From positions 46,897,159-46,961,158 of the forward strand of contig NC_052158.1 of the NCBI RefSeq assembly GCF_902713615.1: a stretch of DNA of 64,000 nucleotides, written 5' to 3'. The stretch comes from Scyliorhinus canicula. Its lineage: Eukaryota. Positions 1 through 11,403 of this stretch are shown here, piece by piece. The notes beneath the pieces were generated by a model. It saw only the letters and a list, made by a program, of their open reading frames with translations, ran no database searches and had not been told where the DNA came from. How positions within the stretch are numbered: position 1 is the first letter of the stretch; every line of letters begins with the position of its first letter. The translations under genes and the position numbers were made by a program.

Positions 1-1008
1 AAGTTAACAGTTATTTACAAACCCCCTACTCTCAGTTGTCCAACTTCTCGGCCTGCACAAAGGCCCATGCCTCCTCCGGGGACTCAAAATAAAAGTGCCG
101 GTCCTTGTACGTGACCCACAGACGCGCCGGCTGTAACATGCCAAACTTCACACTCTTTCTGTGGAGCACCGCCTTCGCCCGGTTGTCCCCGGCCCTCCGC
201 TTAGCCACCTCCGCACTCCAGTTCTGGTAGATCCGCACTACCGTGTTCTCCTACCTGCTGCTCTGCTCCTTTTTGGCCCACCTATGCATGCACTCTCGGT
301 CAACGAACTGGTGGAACCGCACCAGCACCGCCCATGGCGGCTCATTGGGCCTCCTGGCCAGTGTTCTGTGGGCCAACTCCAGCACCTGGAAGGACCCAGC
401 TCCCATCAGCGTGTTCAGCAAAACTACCACATAGGCCCCCAGGTCTGACCCCTCCAGCCCCTCCGTGAGGCCCAGGATCCGCAAATCTTTCCGCCTCGAC
501 CGGTTCTCCATCTCCTCGAACCGCTCCTGCCACTTCTTATGGAGCGCCTCATGCATCTCCACCTTCACCGCGAGGGCCACGGCCTCATCCTCTCTGTCGG
601 AGGCTTGCTGTCGGAACTCCCGGATCTCCACCCCCTGGCCTGCCTGCGTCGCCAGCAGCTTGTCCGTATTCGCCTTTAGCGAGTCTAGCAGCTCCTTTTG
701 GAGCTCCCGAAAACAGCGCTGGAGAGTCTCCTGCTGCTCCTGTGCCCACTGCTTCCATTCCTCGAGGCCTCCGCCGGCCGCCATCTTGGTTTTCTTCCCC
801 CGCTTTTTCTGAGGCGCTGCCACCGCTATTTTGCTGTCCCCACTCCTGGTCACAACCATAGGCCCCTGGGGACCCGCTGCAGACACCTTCCCACGTCGGG
901 AACCGTCGAGCAAGTACCGCTGGGGGCCCTTAAAAGAGCCCAAAAGTCCGTTCCTGGCGGGAGCTGCCGAACGTGCGGTTTAGCACCGCATAGCCGCAAC
1001 TGGAAGTC
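1..1008 (-). mobile_element. L1-clade LINE 5' end: 5'UTR and disrupted ORF1p
   Basis: ORFs 251..943 and 32..238 give coiled coil, NRSRRKDLRILGLTEG (RRM start) and PARLWVTY..YFESPEEA (CTD) of L1 ORF1p; ATG at 784; 5' end GACTTCCAGTTGCGG at 1008. Confidence 0.9.
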
Positions 1009-2102
1009 GTACAGCACTCCTATGGCGAGCGTACAGATGAACACCACAAGCTCTGAATACGTCCGGCTGCACAGGGGAACAAAGCTGGGGTGCCCGCTAT
1101 TCCCGCTCCTGTTCATGCTGGCAGTCAAGCCACTAGTATCGCCCTTAGATCAGCAGATTGGTGGATGAGCGTTCGGAGAGGGGGCAGAGAGCATAGAGTC
1201 TCACTCTATGTGGATGAGCTGCTCCTCTTCATGTTGAACCCCCTCACCTTTATGGGAAAGATAACCAGACTCCTCAGGGAGTTCAGCGTCTTTTCAGGTG
1301 ACAAACTCAACCTGCGAAAGAGCAAAACCTTTCCGGTAAACCTCGGAGAGGGAGGAGCGGAGCGGGAGTAACCCAGATCAATGTCAGGTACCTAAGGATC
1401 AAGGTGGCCCACATCTGAAAGAGGCTCCAGAAGCGGAACCTCCAGCCTGGTGGAAAAGATGAAGAAGGACCTGCAAAGATGGACCTGTTCCCTCTTTCCC
1501 TGACCGGGAGGGTACAGACGGTCAAAACGAACGTGCCTGTGTTCATCCCAAAATCCTTGTTCACCAGGGTCGACAAGTATATCATAGCCTTTGTCTGGGA
1601 GGGGTGGGGGAGAATTTTACAGCTAGGGTGGTGGCATAAGGGAGGGCTGGCCCGACCAAAACCTGTATTTTGCCACTCAGCAGCAAATGTGGAGGGTGAG
1701 GGGGTGACTAAGGGAGCCGGATGCAGACTGGGTCCGAATGGAGAAGGCTTCCTGCAATGGGATGTGTCTCTGTGTGCTGGCTACTGTGCCACTCCTGCCC
1801 ACACACTCCAGAAGCCAAGTGGTAGTACCTACCCAAAGGTCATAGAACCAGTTTAAACGCCACTTTGAACTTGGCGAGATGTCCATGGGGGCCCGCATCT
1901 GCAATAATCACAGGTTCACGCCGGCGAGGATAGGCGCCACATATAGGACATGGACAGAGGACGTCAGTCACGGTTATGATGAGCGGCTCAAGTTTTGTTG
2001 TTTCTATTCTGTTAATGACCATTGCCGTTGTTCTTGTATTGTTATTGGTATGCAAAACTGTTTTTCTAATTCCAAATGCCAATAAAAATATTTTTTAAAA
2101 AA
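1009..2102 (+). mobile_element. Degraded L1 ORF2 RT/3' fragment with A-rich tail
   Basis: RGTKLGCPLFPLLF, HRVSLYVDELLL, LSLTGRVQTVK motifs; AATAAA plus A-rich end at 2081-2102; frameshifts. Confidence 0.85.
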
Positions 2103-2489
2103 GTAATTGTTTAGAAAGGCTCAGTATATCACCTCAGTCGGATGTAAACTAAAAAATTGACCTCAAGCAGCATGTCAAACAGGGAAACTGAAAAACATCC
2201 TGACAGTTTGGATACTTGTCCTAGGTCCATTGGATATATTATTGACACGGAGTAAGAAAGCAGCCCCCAGAAAAAGGGAATATTGACAAGTTTCCAGGTC
2301 CAGGGGTGGTATACTTTATGGGTCATATACTGGTGAGGGGGAATGGGGCATGATTCCTTGTGAGGGGACCTGCTTTTGGAGGGGGGGGGGGGGAAATCCT
2401 AGTAGTAAATGTAATGAACAATCCTTGAAGTGGATAGATGAAATGGTTTATATTAAGATTGACATTAAATTGTACATTAAAACCTTTTG

Positions 2490-2676
2490 AAATGAAAATG
2501 AAATGAAAATCGCTTATTGTCATGAGTAGGCTTCAATGAAGTCACTGTGAAAAGCCCCTAGTCGCCACATTCCAGCGCCTGTCTGGGGAGGCTGGTACGG
2601 GAATTGAACCATGCTGCTGGCTTGCTTGGTCTGCTTTAAAAGCCAGCGATTTAGCCCAGTGATCTAAACCAGCCCC
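2490..2676 (-). mobile_element. tRNA-derived SINE (family B, tRNA-Lys-like head)
   Basis: GGGGCTGGTTTAG..CTTTTAA..GGTTCAATTCC (A/B boxes), (CATTT)n tail; other copies at 39244, 54795, 63630. Confidence 0.85.
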
Positions 2677-3039
2677 TTTGAATGGACATTTGAATAGACA
2701 AATGTAGTTATGAGAGGTCCCTCTGACATGATGGGAAATTTAGCCAATAACAATCAGTCTGATGGGATTCTTTCATCCAACTCACAATCCTCACTGTGAG
2801 GCCTGTTACTCAAAGTGCTGAAACTCTACACTAATGACAATTTAAGAAAGAAAATGCATAAAACCTCACACAAATTTGTCACTGCCAACAAACATGCACA
2901 TATATAAAGAGGTGTATTCACAGCTTAAAACTTTCATACTCTGAACAAAACTTTAAATACCAATGAGAGGAAAAAGGAATCTTGGAGACTTCCACCAACA
3001 GGGAGAAACAAAATGATCCTTAGCCCTGCCTGTCTCAGC

Positions 3040-3250
3040 TTATTAAATCCCCTCAGGGTAACCCCTCTCCCATCATAGCTCATGAAACCATCTTGGGGTA
3101 ACCTTCCAGTCTGCCTCTCACAGCTCATTAAAACCCTACGGGGTAATCCCCTCTATTTTGCTTGGTCACTGTTCATTAAACCCCTCGGGGTAATCCCCTC
3201 TCTTTTGGTCACTGTTCATTAAACTCCCTTGGTGTAACTCTCTCTCCCCA
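3040..3250. repeat. Degenerate minisatellite, about 5 units of 40-50 bp; (ATT)n follows at 3281-3304
   Basis: Repeated core ATTAAACCCCTCGGGGTAATCCCCTCT. Confidence 0.75.
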
Positions 3251-3514
3251 GAACAGAAACATTAGGGATTTGCAGTAATGATTATTATTATTATTATTAT
3301 TATTAACAGTTCTCTCACTACACCGGGAACTTCTTTGTACGTTCACTCAGACTGCACATCCCAAATTCAGCTCTCAAACACAGCACTGGGCAAAACTATT
3401 AAATCCAAGCCCAGGCTTTTGAGAAAGGCCGAAGCTTTAAGGTAAAGTTTTTAAAGACATTAGAAGACATATTAATAGATGTGTCTCTGCCCCTCCCAGA
3501 TAATCACACCTCAC

Positions 3515-3553
3515 CTTCTCATATACACGAATGACCCATCAACAAAATTCAGC
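3515..3553 (-). other. 39-nt 5'UTR microexon, copy 1
   Basis: cccttctgatttacAG|...GAAG|GTgagg; same length in 5 paralogous copies. Confidence 0.6.
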
Positions 3554-3787
3554 CTGTAAATCAGAAGGGAAATGTTTCCAATAAACACCCTCAATACTGT
3601 ATCCAACAACACAACCAATCAAACAGCTCAGCACAAAACACCGAGTAAAGAGGTCTCTGAGCTGGATGTTCTCACACAGCATAAGGGGCATTTCCACAGC
3701 TGATTGCCCACAGGATAGTCAGACTGCCTGAACATTAGTGTAGATATTATGCAATGTAATGATTGTAAATTCTGCTCCTTCACTCAC

Positions 3788-4030
3788 CATCTCCTGACTT
3801 GGTTTGAGTCCCTACAGGAAGTGAAGCAGCTGTGGTAGAGGAAGAGGAGAGAATGGGCAAAGTGGGTGGGCTCTCTGATTGACGTCTCTCACAGACAATC
3901 CAAATATTTCTGCAGTAACAGGAGTTTCCTGAAGTTTGGGAAACTGACCGGGGAAACGGAGGAGACTTTGAGCAGCAGCTCAGGTGGGGATTTAAACTTG
4001 TCATTGTCCCATCTGAATAAAACCTCACTT
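3788..4030 (-). promoter_or_regulatory. ZNF promoter/exon-1 module, copy 1 (finger exon would lie left of window)
   Basis: Near-identical to 13681-13930 and 33590-33838; GACGTCA, GCCCACCC, CACTTCCTG motifs; ATG|GTGAGT at 3790-3782. Confidence 0.65.
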
Positions 4031-5289
4031 ATTAGCCAAGAAGGTCTGCAGCACAGAAAAAGCTCTTAGTCCCATCGTATCTGCGCCGGCAGAAACGACT
4101 GTCTACTTTAATCCTATTGAGAAAAATTACACATCTATTCAACTGTTATGTACTTCACCCTCACTTTCATGGGAGACCAGACGAAGATTCTTGCATTTAA
4201 AAACTAGTCTTTATTTACGGGCTATAGCGAGGACATTCGGCATTATGATTAGGACACTAAAAAAACCTTGTTTTGATGATAATACAGGCAGTTATACCTT
4301 AAGATTCGATTACAAGACATTAGCATATACCAATCATTTGTTACACAATCATGACTATCGATTAAGGTTACATAATGCATAGTTTATAAAAATAATGAAC
4401 CAATCATATTAAAGGTCTGCATACTTAATTAATATATCCAATCATTACAAAGGCACGTATGTTGTCCTGAAATTAGTGATATTGGTAGTGTAGCCATCAC
4501 TCATTTCTTTCTCCTTATTGCTATCATCAGACATAGTGGGCCATCACAATGGTACCTTGTTACACATTGCAGAATAGACCTTGAACTGTAACATGTGCAG
4601 TTTCTCTGCCTGAAAACTGGCCTCTCAAAGATACATTGTGTCCTTGTAATATTTGTTACACTTGTCAGAGATACTTTGAATTGAAGAATTCAGCTTCCTC
4701 AGTAAAATGGTGGAACTGTAGATTTTAAAATGGTTGCAGTATACTATCTAGTATCTAAAAATGCTCAAATTGTCCACTTCAAATCCCATTTTGCAGAACT
4801 CCGTAGCCTTGTATGCCTTGGCGTCGCAAATGCATATCGAAATACTTCTTAAATGTTATGAATGTCTTTGACTCTTACCATCCTTTTAGTAAGTCCCAGA
4901 CTCCCACCACCCTCTGCACTTGCTGTCTCACTTCCACCTGGTAAACATTTACAGAAATTTCTTGTGTGGGAATAGCATTCTTCATCCTGAGAGGCTTTCA
5001 AACTGACAACATCAGTGTGGGATGTGTAGCCTCGGATGTGTTTGACAGCAGACATAAGAGGAAGGCCCACAGCATCCAAGGCAGGGATGACATCCCATGG
5101 TGGAATTAGATCATGAAGAGAGTGAAGAGGCAGAAGAAATTACTGACCCCGTTACTGATGGAATGACTTGGAGTGCAATCCTTCAATTCTCGCCAGATTT
5201 CCCTGCTGGCCTCTTCCTCCTCACCTCACATCAGTACCTCCCCTTTCCAAACACCTTGCTTTGTCCCTGACTCCATGTCCCTTTCCAGG

Positions 5290-5700
5290 ATTGGGCGGCA
5301 ACAACATGTTCAAAGACTTTGGAGAAGAAATGAAGGTGGAGATAGGGTAGTATTGTGCAAGGGCAGAGGGGCAAGGGTTTATATTTTTTAGCAGAGGGGT
5401 AGTAACAGCAGAGTGAAAACACCTGAATAGAGAACCGTGGACAATATCGAATAATAGTGGAAACCAGGAGGGGAAGTTGGGTAATCAGTTTAGTGAGAAT
5501 ATGGTGGAGGGAACAGGAGGTGGGTCTCATGGACAAGATGAGCTCAGAGAGGACATGAGGGGAGATTGGAGAGAAACTGGAGAAAGATATGAGTTCAGAG
5601 CTCAGGCAGGGGGAGAGCATTAATTGAAGTTTGTCCAGGTGAACTAGTGGATGGGGGTAAGTGACAGAGGCAGTAGATGGGATTGTTTCAATCTTATTTC
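5290..5700 (-). mobile_element. Old L2-like LINE fragment, part of the duplicated block
   Basis: Homologous to 27975-28370 including the same flanking junction (ccctttccagga). Confidence 0.6.
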
Positions 5701-5864
5701 CCTGATCAGAGAAGTCAAACCAGGGAGCAGAGATATAAAGTCATTGATGAACAGTTTTTTTTCACCTGGAGAGTGGTGAGGGTCTGGAATTCACTATCTG
5801 AAAGTGTTATAGAGGCAGAACCCATCAACATATTTTAAAAACACTGGGATATGAACTTGAAGGA

Positions 5865-6160
5865 ATAATAAGAATAATTTTTTATTAGTGTCACAAGGAG
5901 GCTTACAATTGTTCGGCTGCAATGAAGTTACTCTAAAAATCCCCTGGTCACCACACTCCGGTACCTGTTTGGGTAAACTGAGGGAGAATTCAGAATGTCC
6001 AATTTACCTGACAAGCATATCTTTCGGGACTTGTGGGAGAAAACTTGGTGTTCGGGACTTGTGGGAGGAAACCAGAGAACCCGGAGGAAACCCACACAGA
6101 CACGGGGGAAAACGTGCAGTCTCTGCACAGACAGTGACCCAAGCCAGGAATCAAACTTGG
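5865..6160 (-). mobile_element. V-SINE core with family-B-type 3' tail
   Basis: GGGTTTCCTCCGGGT..CCCACAAGTC core followed by AGTAACTTCATTGCAG..GTGACACTAATAAA tail. Confidence 0.75.
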
Positions 6161-6199
6161 CTTCGCCCCAGTGTGAATGAGTCAGTGTTGCACAAGTGT

Positions 6200-6878
6200 C
6201 ACTGAGGGCTCACTCACACATCCCACAATTGAATGTTGTCTCTCTTGTGTGAAGTGTATGCTGCATCAGGAAGAACTGGATCTTGTGAAAACTTTGACAC
6301 ACCTCACACTGGAACACATTCTCCTTAGTGTGGGTGTGTCAGTGTTTCACGAGTGTTATTCACTTTGTGATGTCTCAGTCACGCACCTCACATTTCAGTG
6401 GCTGCTCCACTGTGTGAACGTGCCAGTGATTTAACAGCATTGATAATTGTGCAAAGACTTTATTACACACCTCACATGTGAAAGTTTCTCCAATGCAAAG
6501 TCATTGACGTTCATAGAGGGCTGATGACTGTAAGAATGATTTGTCACACATTTTGCACGTGACTGTTTTCTCCCCATCTGAACATGTACGCCAAAGTTGG
6601 ATGAGTGAGAATGATTTCTCACACTTGAATGGCTTTCTCCCCTGTGTGTATCGTCTTGTGCCTCTGGAGCCCAGAAGATTGGATGAAAAACAATAGTCAC
6701 ACCGAAAGTGTTTCTTCCCAATGTGAACCCTCTGTGAGTCAGGAGTTTGTAGATGTCGCAAAAGCTTTCTTGCAAACATAATTTTTTAAAGGCTTTTTCC
6801 CTGTGTGGATTGGCTGATGGGCCAAGATGTTCGACGACTGTGAGGCTTTGCTACATACCTCACAGGTATACAGATTCT
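6200..6878 (-). pseudogene. Degenerate C2H2 zinc-finger array
   Basis: GEKTVTCKMCDKSFLQSSALYE, KPFKCEKSF and HIGKKHFRC remnants with frameshifts. Confidence 0.8.
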
Positions 6879-6879
6879 C

Positions 6880-7712
6880 CTTCCAAAGAGAAAATGCTGG
6901 AAAATCTCAGCAGGTTTGGCAGCATCTGTAGGGAGAGAAAAGAGCTAACGTTGAGTCCAGATGACCCTTTGTCAAAGCAAGAATACAGAGGAAGTGGGAA
7001 ATATTTATACTCTGGAGTGAGAATGAAAGACGAGTCAAAGCCACAGAAACCCAGGGAAACGGTGCTAATAGCCACAGAAACCACTGGGAAAGAGTACTAA
7101 TGGCAGTCTCCAGAGAGAGCAAAGATGGGAAAGGCCAAACAACAGAGGGTAAACTGTGACAGATGTAGATGTAGGGGGAGGGGGAAACAAAGGGGGAAAG
7201 GGTAAGGAAAGGTGCTAAGATGGAGGGTGGGTTAAATATATATAAAGAAAGACAAGAGAGAAAGAAATGGTAAAAGACAGTTAAAATGAAATGGGATGAA
7301 AACAAATGGGTTGAGTTGGCGTAGAGCTAATCATCTGAAGTTGTTGAATTTGATGTTGAGACCAGAAGACTGCCTGTTGTGTGCCTAACCGGAAGATGAG
7401 ATGTTGTTCCTCCAGTTTGCATTGAGCTTCAATGGAACATTGCAGCAGGCCAAGGATAGACATGTGGGCATGGGAGCAGGGTCTTGTGTTAAAATGGCAA
7501 GCAACGGGAAGGTCAGGGTCCTGAATGTGCACAGACCAAAGGTGCTCAGCAAAGCGATCACACATTTGCGTTTGGTCTCTCCAATATAGAGGAGACCACA
7601 TTGGGAGCAGCAAATGCAATAGACCAGATTGAAAGAGATGCAAGTGAAACGCTGCTTCACCTTTGGGCCTGGGATGTTAAGCATGGAAGAGGTAAAGGGG
7701 CAGGTGTTTCCA
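6880..7712 (-). mobile_element. Penelope-like element 3' fragment (GIY-YIG endonuclease and tail)
   Basis: NLVYCICCSQCGLLYIGETKR, RFAEHL..PVACHFN, KLEEQHLIFRLGT across ORFs 7385..7684 and 7281..7643. Confidence 0.9.
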
Positions 7713-8159
7713 ATGGATACCTTAAAAGGCTGCTGATATTATGATCCCAGACCAGACCCCAACAGCTGCTGGGAAACGGGACAGAAATCCAAATAATTTA
7801 TTTTTAATTTGTAAGACTGTGAGGAAAGGATACATCCTCCCGAAGTATTCCATGTACAAATAGGGATATGGTGTTTTAAAACGAACTCTATCATTAACAC
7901 AATGTTAAACTAACTTTATCATAAAAAAGCTTACAATTATCAGTCAACCAATGCTTAACAACAAAATGAAACTCGAACCCCTTACTACTATCTTTTAATC
8001 GCCAATCAAGAAACCCATCTCAGGTCAAACCCCACTTTAAGATACAGTCAGCAGACACAGGAACACTTGCTGTACAGAGAGGTCTTGGAGAAACTGCTTT
8101 GAGAGAGAGAGATCCTTCAGGGAACAGCCTGTAGATACTTGCCTGTGTGAAACTACTGT

Positions 8160-8335
8160 TTGCCTTCCCTGCATTTGGCGAAATTGGGGAGACGGTGGCA
8201 TAGTGATATTCTCCTTGGACTGGTAATCCAAAGATCCAGAGTAATGATCGGGGAGGGTGGGGGCTGGTGTCCCAGGATCTAATCCCGCCACTGCAGGTGG
8301 CAAAATTGAAATTCAATAAAAATCTGGAATAAAGG
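8160..8335 (+). mobile_element. tRNA-derived SINE head (family C)
   Basis: GGTGGCATAGTG..GGACTGGTAATCCA..AATCCCGCC; related copy on minus at 58150-58490. Confidence 0.55.
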
Positions 8336-8577
8336 TTTGGCTGTCTTTCAAACCAGGAGTTTTTAAAAAACATTGCAGCAGCAGTAACATAAACAACCTA
8401 TCTCAGGCTTTTAACCATTATTTCCCAAACTACATATATGATATATATCTGAAATTTCTATGCACAGTTGCCTCTATGAAATCCCGACCCGGCCCATTCC
8501 TGGTCCCACAAAAATCAGATTTACTATCATCGGAGGGACAGGTCTCAAGGGTTTGGGAACCTGCCGCCATTGTCCTC

Positions 8578-8907
8578 ATTTCATAGAATCTACAGTGTAG
8601 AAGGAGGCTATTTGGCACATCGAGTCTGCACTGGCCCCTGGAAGGAGAACCCTCCCTAAGCTGACACCTCCACCCTATCCTTGTAACCCAGTAATCTTTT
8701 TGGACACTAAGGGCAATTTAGCATGGCCAATCCACCTAACCTGCACATCTTTGGACTGTGGGAGGAAACCGAAGCATCCGTAGGAAACTCACGCAGACAC
8801 GGGGAGAATGTGCAGACTCCACACAGGCAGTGAACCAGAGCGGGAATCGAACTAGGGATCCAGGAGCTGTGAAGCAACTGTGCTAACCACATGTTACCGT
8901 GCCACCC
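8578..8907 (-). mobile_element. HE1-like V-SINE with CR1-type tail
   Basis: tRNA head, V core ..CCCACAGTCCAAAGATGTGCAGGTTAGGTGGATTGGCCATGCTAAATTGCCC, tail ..CTGTAGATTCTATGA. Confidence 0.9.
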
Positions 8908-9004
8908 ATATGATGGAGAGGCTCACTGTCATGGCAGTAGTGCAGATATTAAAATATCCATCAGGTGGAGATAATGTTGTCAAGGAGAGAGTGTAGGAGG
9001 GACT

Positions 9005-10066
9005 CTAATAGCTGTTGTGTCTCCCCTGTCCTTGTGACGTGACCTGTCCTGTACAAGAGGCATATTCAGCAGATGTCTCTGCACTGGGCTGCTGGTGGCC
9101 AGACGGTGCAGGCACAACAATCTGAGACAGAATCTGTCTCATTTCATTCAAAGTTTCATTGCTTCTTTGCAGAAGCTGACAAAGAATCACATTCTTTTGC
9201 TGAAGCATCTCACTGGTTCTTTGTAGATGCTGGTTTTGAATCTCATTCTGCTGTCTTAGAACCTCATTCTGCTGCTGAACAATTTCAGTATTTCTTTGTA
9301 GATGCTGAAGAATCTCAGTATTTCTTTGCAGATTCTGGTTAACATCCATCTTAAATTCAGTCAAAGTTTGGCGAAGCAAGTTAGATGTGGCCTGATAACT
9401 CTCTGCACTGTGAACCTGTTCCTGATGCAAGCGCTCAAGAGTTTTCAGATTATCTTCATTTTCTTCACCAGCAGCATAGGCCTGATGTTGTCCGTGTACT
9501 CGTGGAGACGGCGGAGCTTCTGTTTCCAAAGCCGCAGGTTCCTCACATCCGGAAGGTTCTGAGCACCCTCCCTCCACCACATCAGCCAATTCACCACAGG
9601 CCTCCTCCTTCACAGAAGCCACAATATTTAACTTGAACTCACCAACACTACCCCCCAAATCAGACACCTTACCCTCCTGACAATCCTCTCCCTCCTCCAT
9701 CGCAGCTGCCGTCCCACATTGCTGTGAGGTATTCACCTCTGTCCCTCTCTCATCAGCTCTTTCAGGAATCTCGGATGCTGTTGCCAACTCTCCTCCATCA
9801 CCATTTGATGTGTCCATGGATACATGTGTATCTGTCAGAGGAAGAAAATCATAATTATTATCTTTTGTCACATAAACTAACTGTTTAAACACTCAGCTGC
9901 TGACATCACCTTCACTCATCCCCATATCTGATCCACCATTGGTTATCGTGGGGTTGGAGAGGCCAAACAGCTTCCTCGTGAACTCCTCCTGTTCTGTCAG
10001 CTCCTTGATGTGCAGAACCTGTTCTCCAGTCAATGAGCGCTCCTGGGTGTTACGTGCTAGCTTTAC
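9005..10066 (-). CDS. Harbinger Myb/SANT-like (MSANTD/NAIF1-type) protein, C-terminal exons 10066-9910 and 9831-9005
   Basis: VKLARNTQERSLTGEQVLHIKELTEQEE resembles the post-SANT K..N.RE..TGGG....LT..EE segment; phase-1 78-nt GT-AG intron joins it in frame to ORF 9005..9892; 327 codons without a stop; Gln-rich coiled-coil repeats. Confidence 0.6.
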
Positions 10067-10389
10067 CTAAAGGAAGAAATGAAAATGCAAACTGAATCAT
10101 GGTCCCAACTTTACATAGATTACATCTTTACTGTAGATTACAAACTTTGCTGTGCTATCTTGTGACACGGTTTCTAAGTGTTGGAGACAGCTTTTAGCCT
10201 GGACCCAGGAGGACGTCTGATTAGAGATCAATCTTACGTCAAAGTCAGAGCCATCTACTGCATTTTACAAAACTTCAAAATTTGTAACATAACATAGTTC
10301 GAGGCGTGACTTTACGTTCATGCTGCTCCTGAAAAGCCATGATGGAGTGTGGCCAATAGAAGACAACAGACCGACTCCTGAAATCTACC

Positions 10390-11055
10390 CAGCTCACGAG
10401 ATCACATTAGATCTCACGAGACCTTGTGGTGTAATCCCGCCCATTGTGAACGGGATCACATTTTAGCAAATCTGCATATTAGAGCAAGACAGCTAGTCTC
10501 ACTTTAATGTACAGATTCCTGAGGTACCCGAAGCGTGGAATCCATCACCTTTGCCTCGGAGACTTGGGGTGAGGGCTGTTTAGTACTGGTCTCCACAAAT
10601 GGGGGCCAGACGGAACAGCACTCTTGGGGTTCGACCAGAAAACTGGAGGCTTCTAAATGCATGCCCTTTGGAATGTGTGGTACCCTGGTAGTGCTGGTGC
10701 TACCTGGGAAGCTTAACATGGTCAGCTGTCAGGAGCACTGCCAGGTTGATACTGGCAAGGTGCCAAGATGCCATTTTTTTGTATGATTTCAATTGGACCT
10801 GGTGTGCCCTGTGGTTGGGAGCATCCCATAATTCATTGGGGCTTATGGGGGGGGGGGTGGTTGGGAATCGTTTCAGGGGTGCGAGATCACAGCCATTTTT
10901 AAATGACGTCCTGATTTCTTGTTACATGGAGGAGTTTTGCAGAGCAGAGCACCTCAGTTTATAAGACGGGGTTATGTGATGCCTGAGTCGCGCGTTCCCC
11001 ACAGAGGCCTACCCTATCTAACGCAAGTGCCGTATACCATTGTGTTTCTCGGCAC
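10390..11055. mobile_element. Probable non-autonomous DNA transposon (MITE) fragment
   Basis: Short internal palindromes (gagatc..gatctc, atcccg..cgggat); no coding capacity; ends not resolved. Confidence 0.35.
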
Positions 11056-11074
11056 TTCCACTCCTGAACCCATT

Positions 11075-11286
11075 AACCTAACCTGCACATCACGGGATGC
11101 CAAGAGGCAAATGAGCATGGTCAATCCACCTAACCCGCACAACGTCGGACTATGGGAGCACGGAGGAAACCCATGCAAACACGGGGGAATGCATGAATTC
11201 CACATAGACAGTAGCCCAAGACCAGAATTGAACCCAGGTCTGGTGCTGTGAGGCAGCAGTGCTAATCACTGTGCCACCTTGTTGCC
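11075..11286 (-). mobile_element. HE1-like V-SINE (diverged)
   Basis: tRNA head and V core. Confidence 0.8.
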
Positions 11287-11403
11287 CCACACCAAACATG
11301 TTGATGGTTTGTCTCCTGTGTGAATTCAGTGAATGAAGGTGACTCAGTGAATGATTTGTCACATATCCTATATGCGAATATGTTGACATGCGCAAGAAGC
11401 CAA

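Noticed and set aside
2600-2676. tRNA-Lys gene (also other tRNA-like heads)
   Set aside because: Continues into a SINE body and tail, multi-copy, no clean cloverleaf or terminator.
3040-3250. CRISPR-like repeat/spacer pattern
   Set aside because: Repeats are degenerate, linkers resemble each other, no cas genes, vertebrate context.
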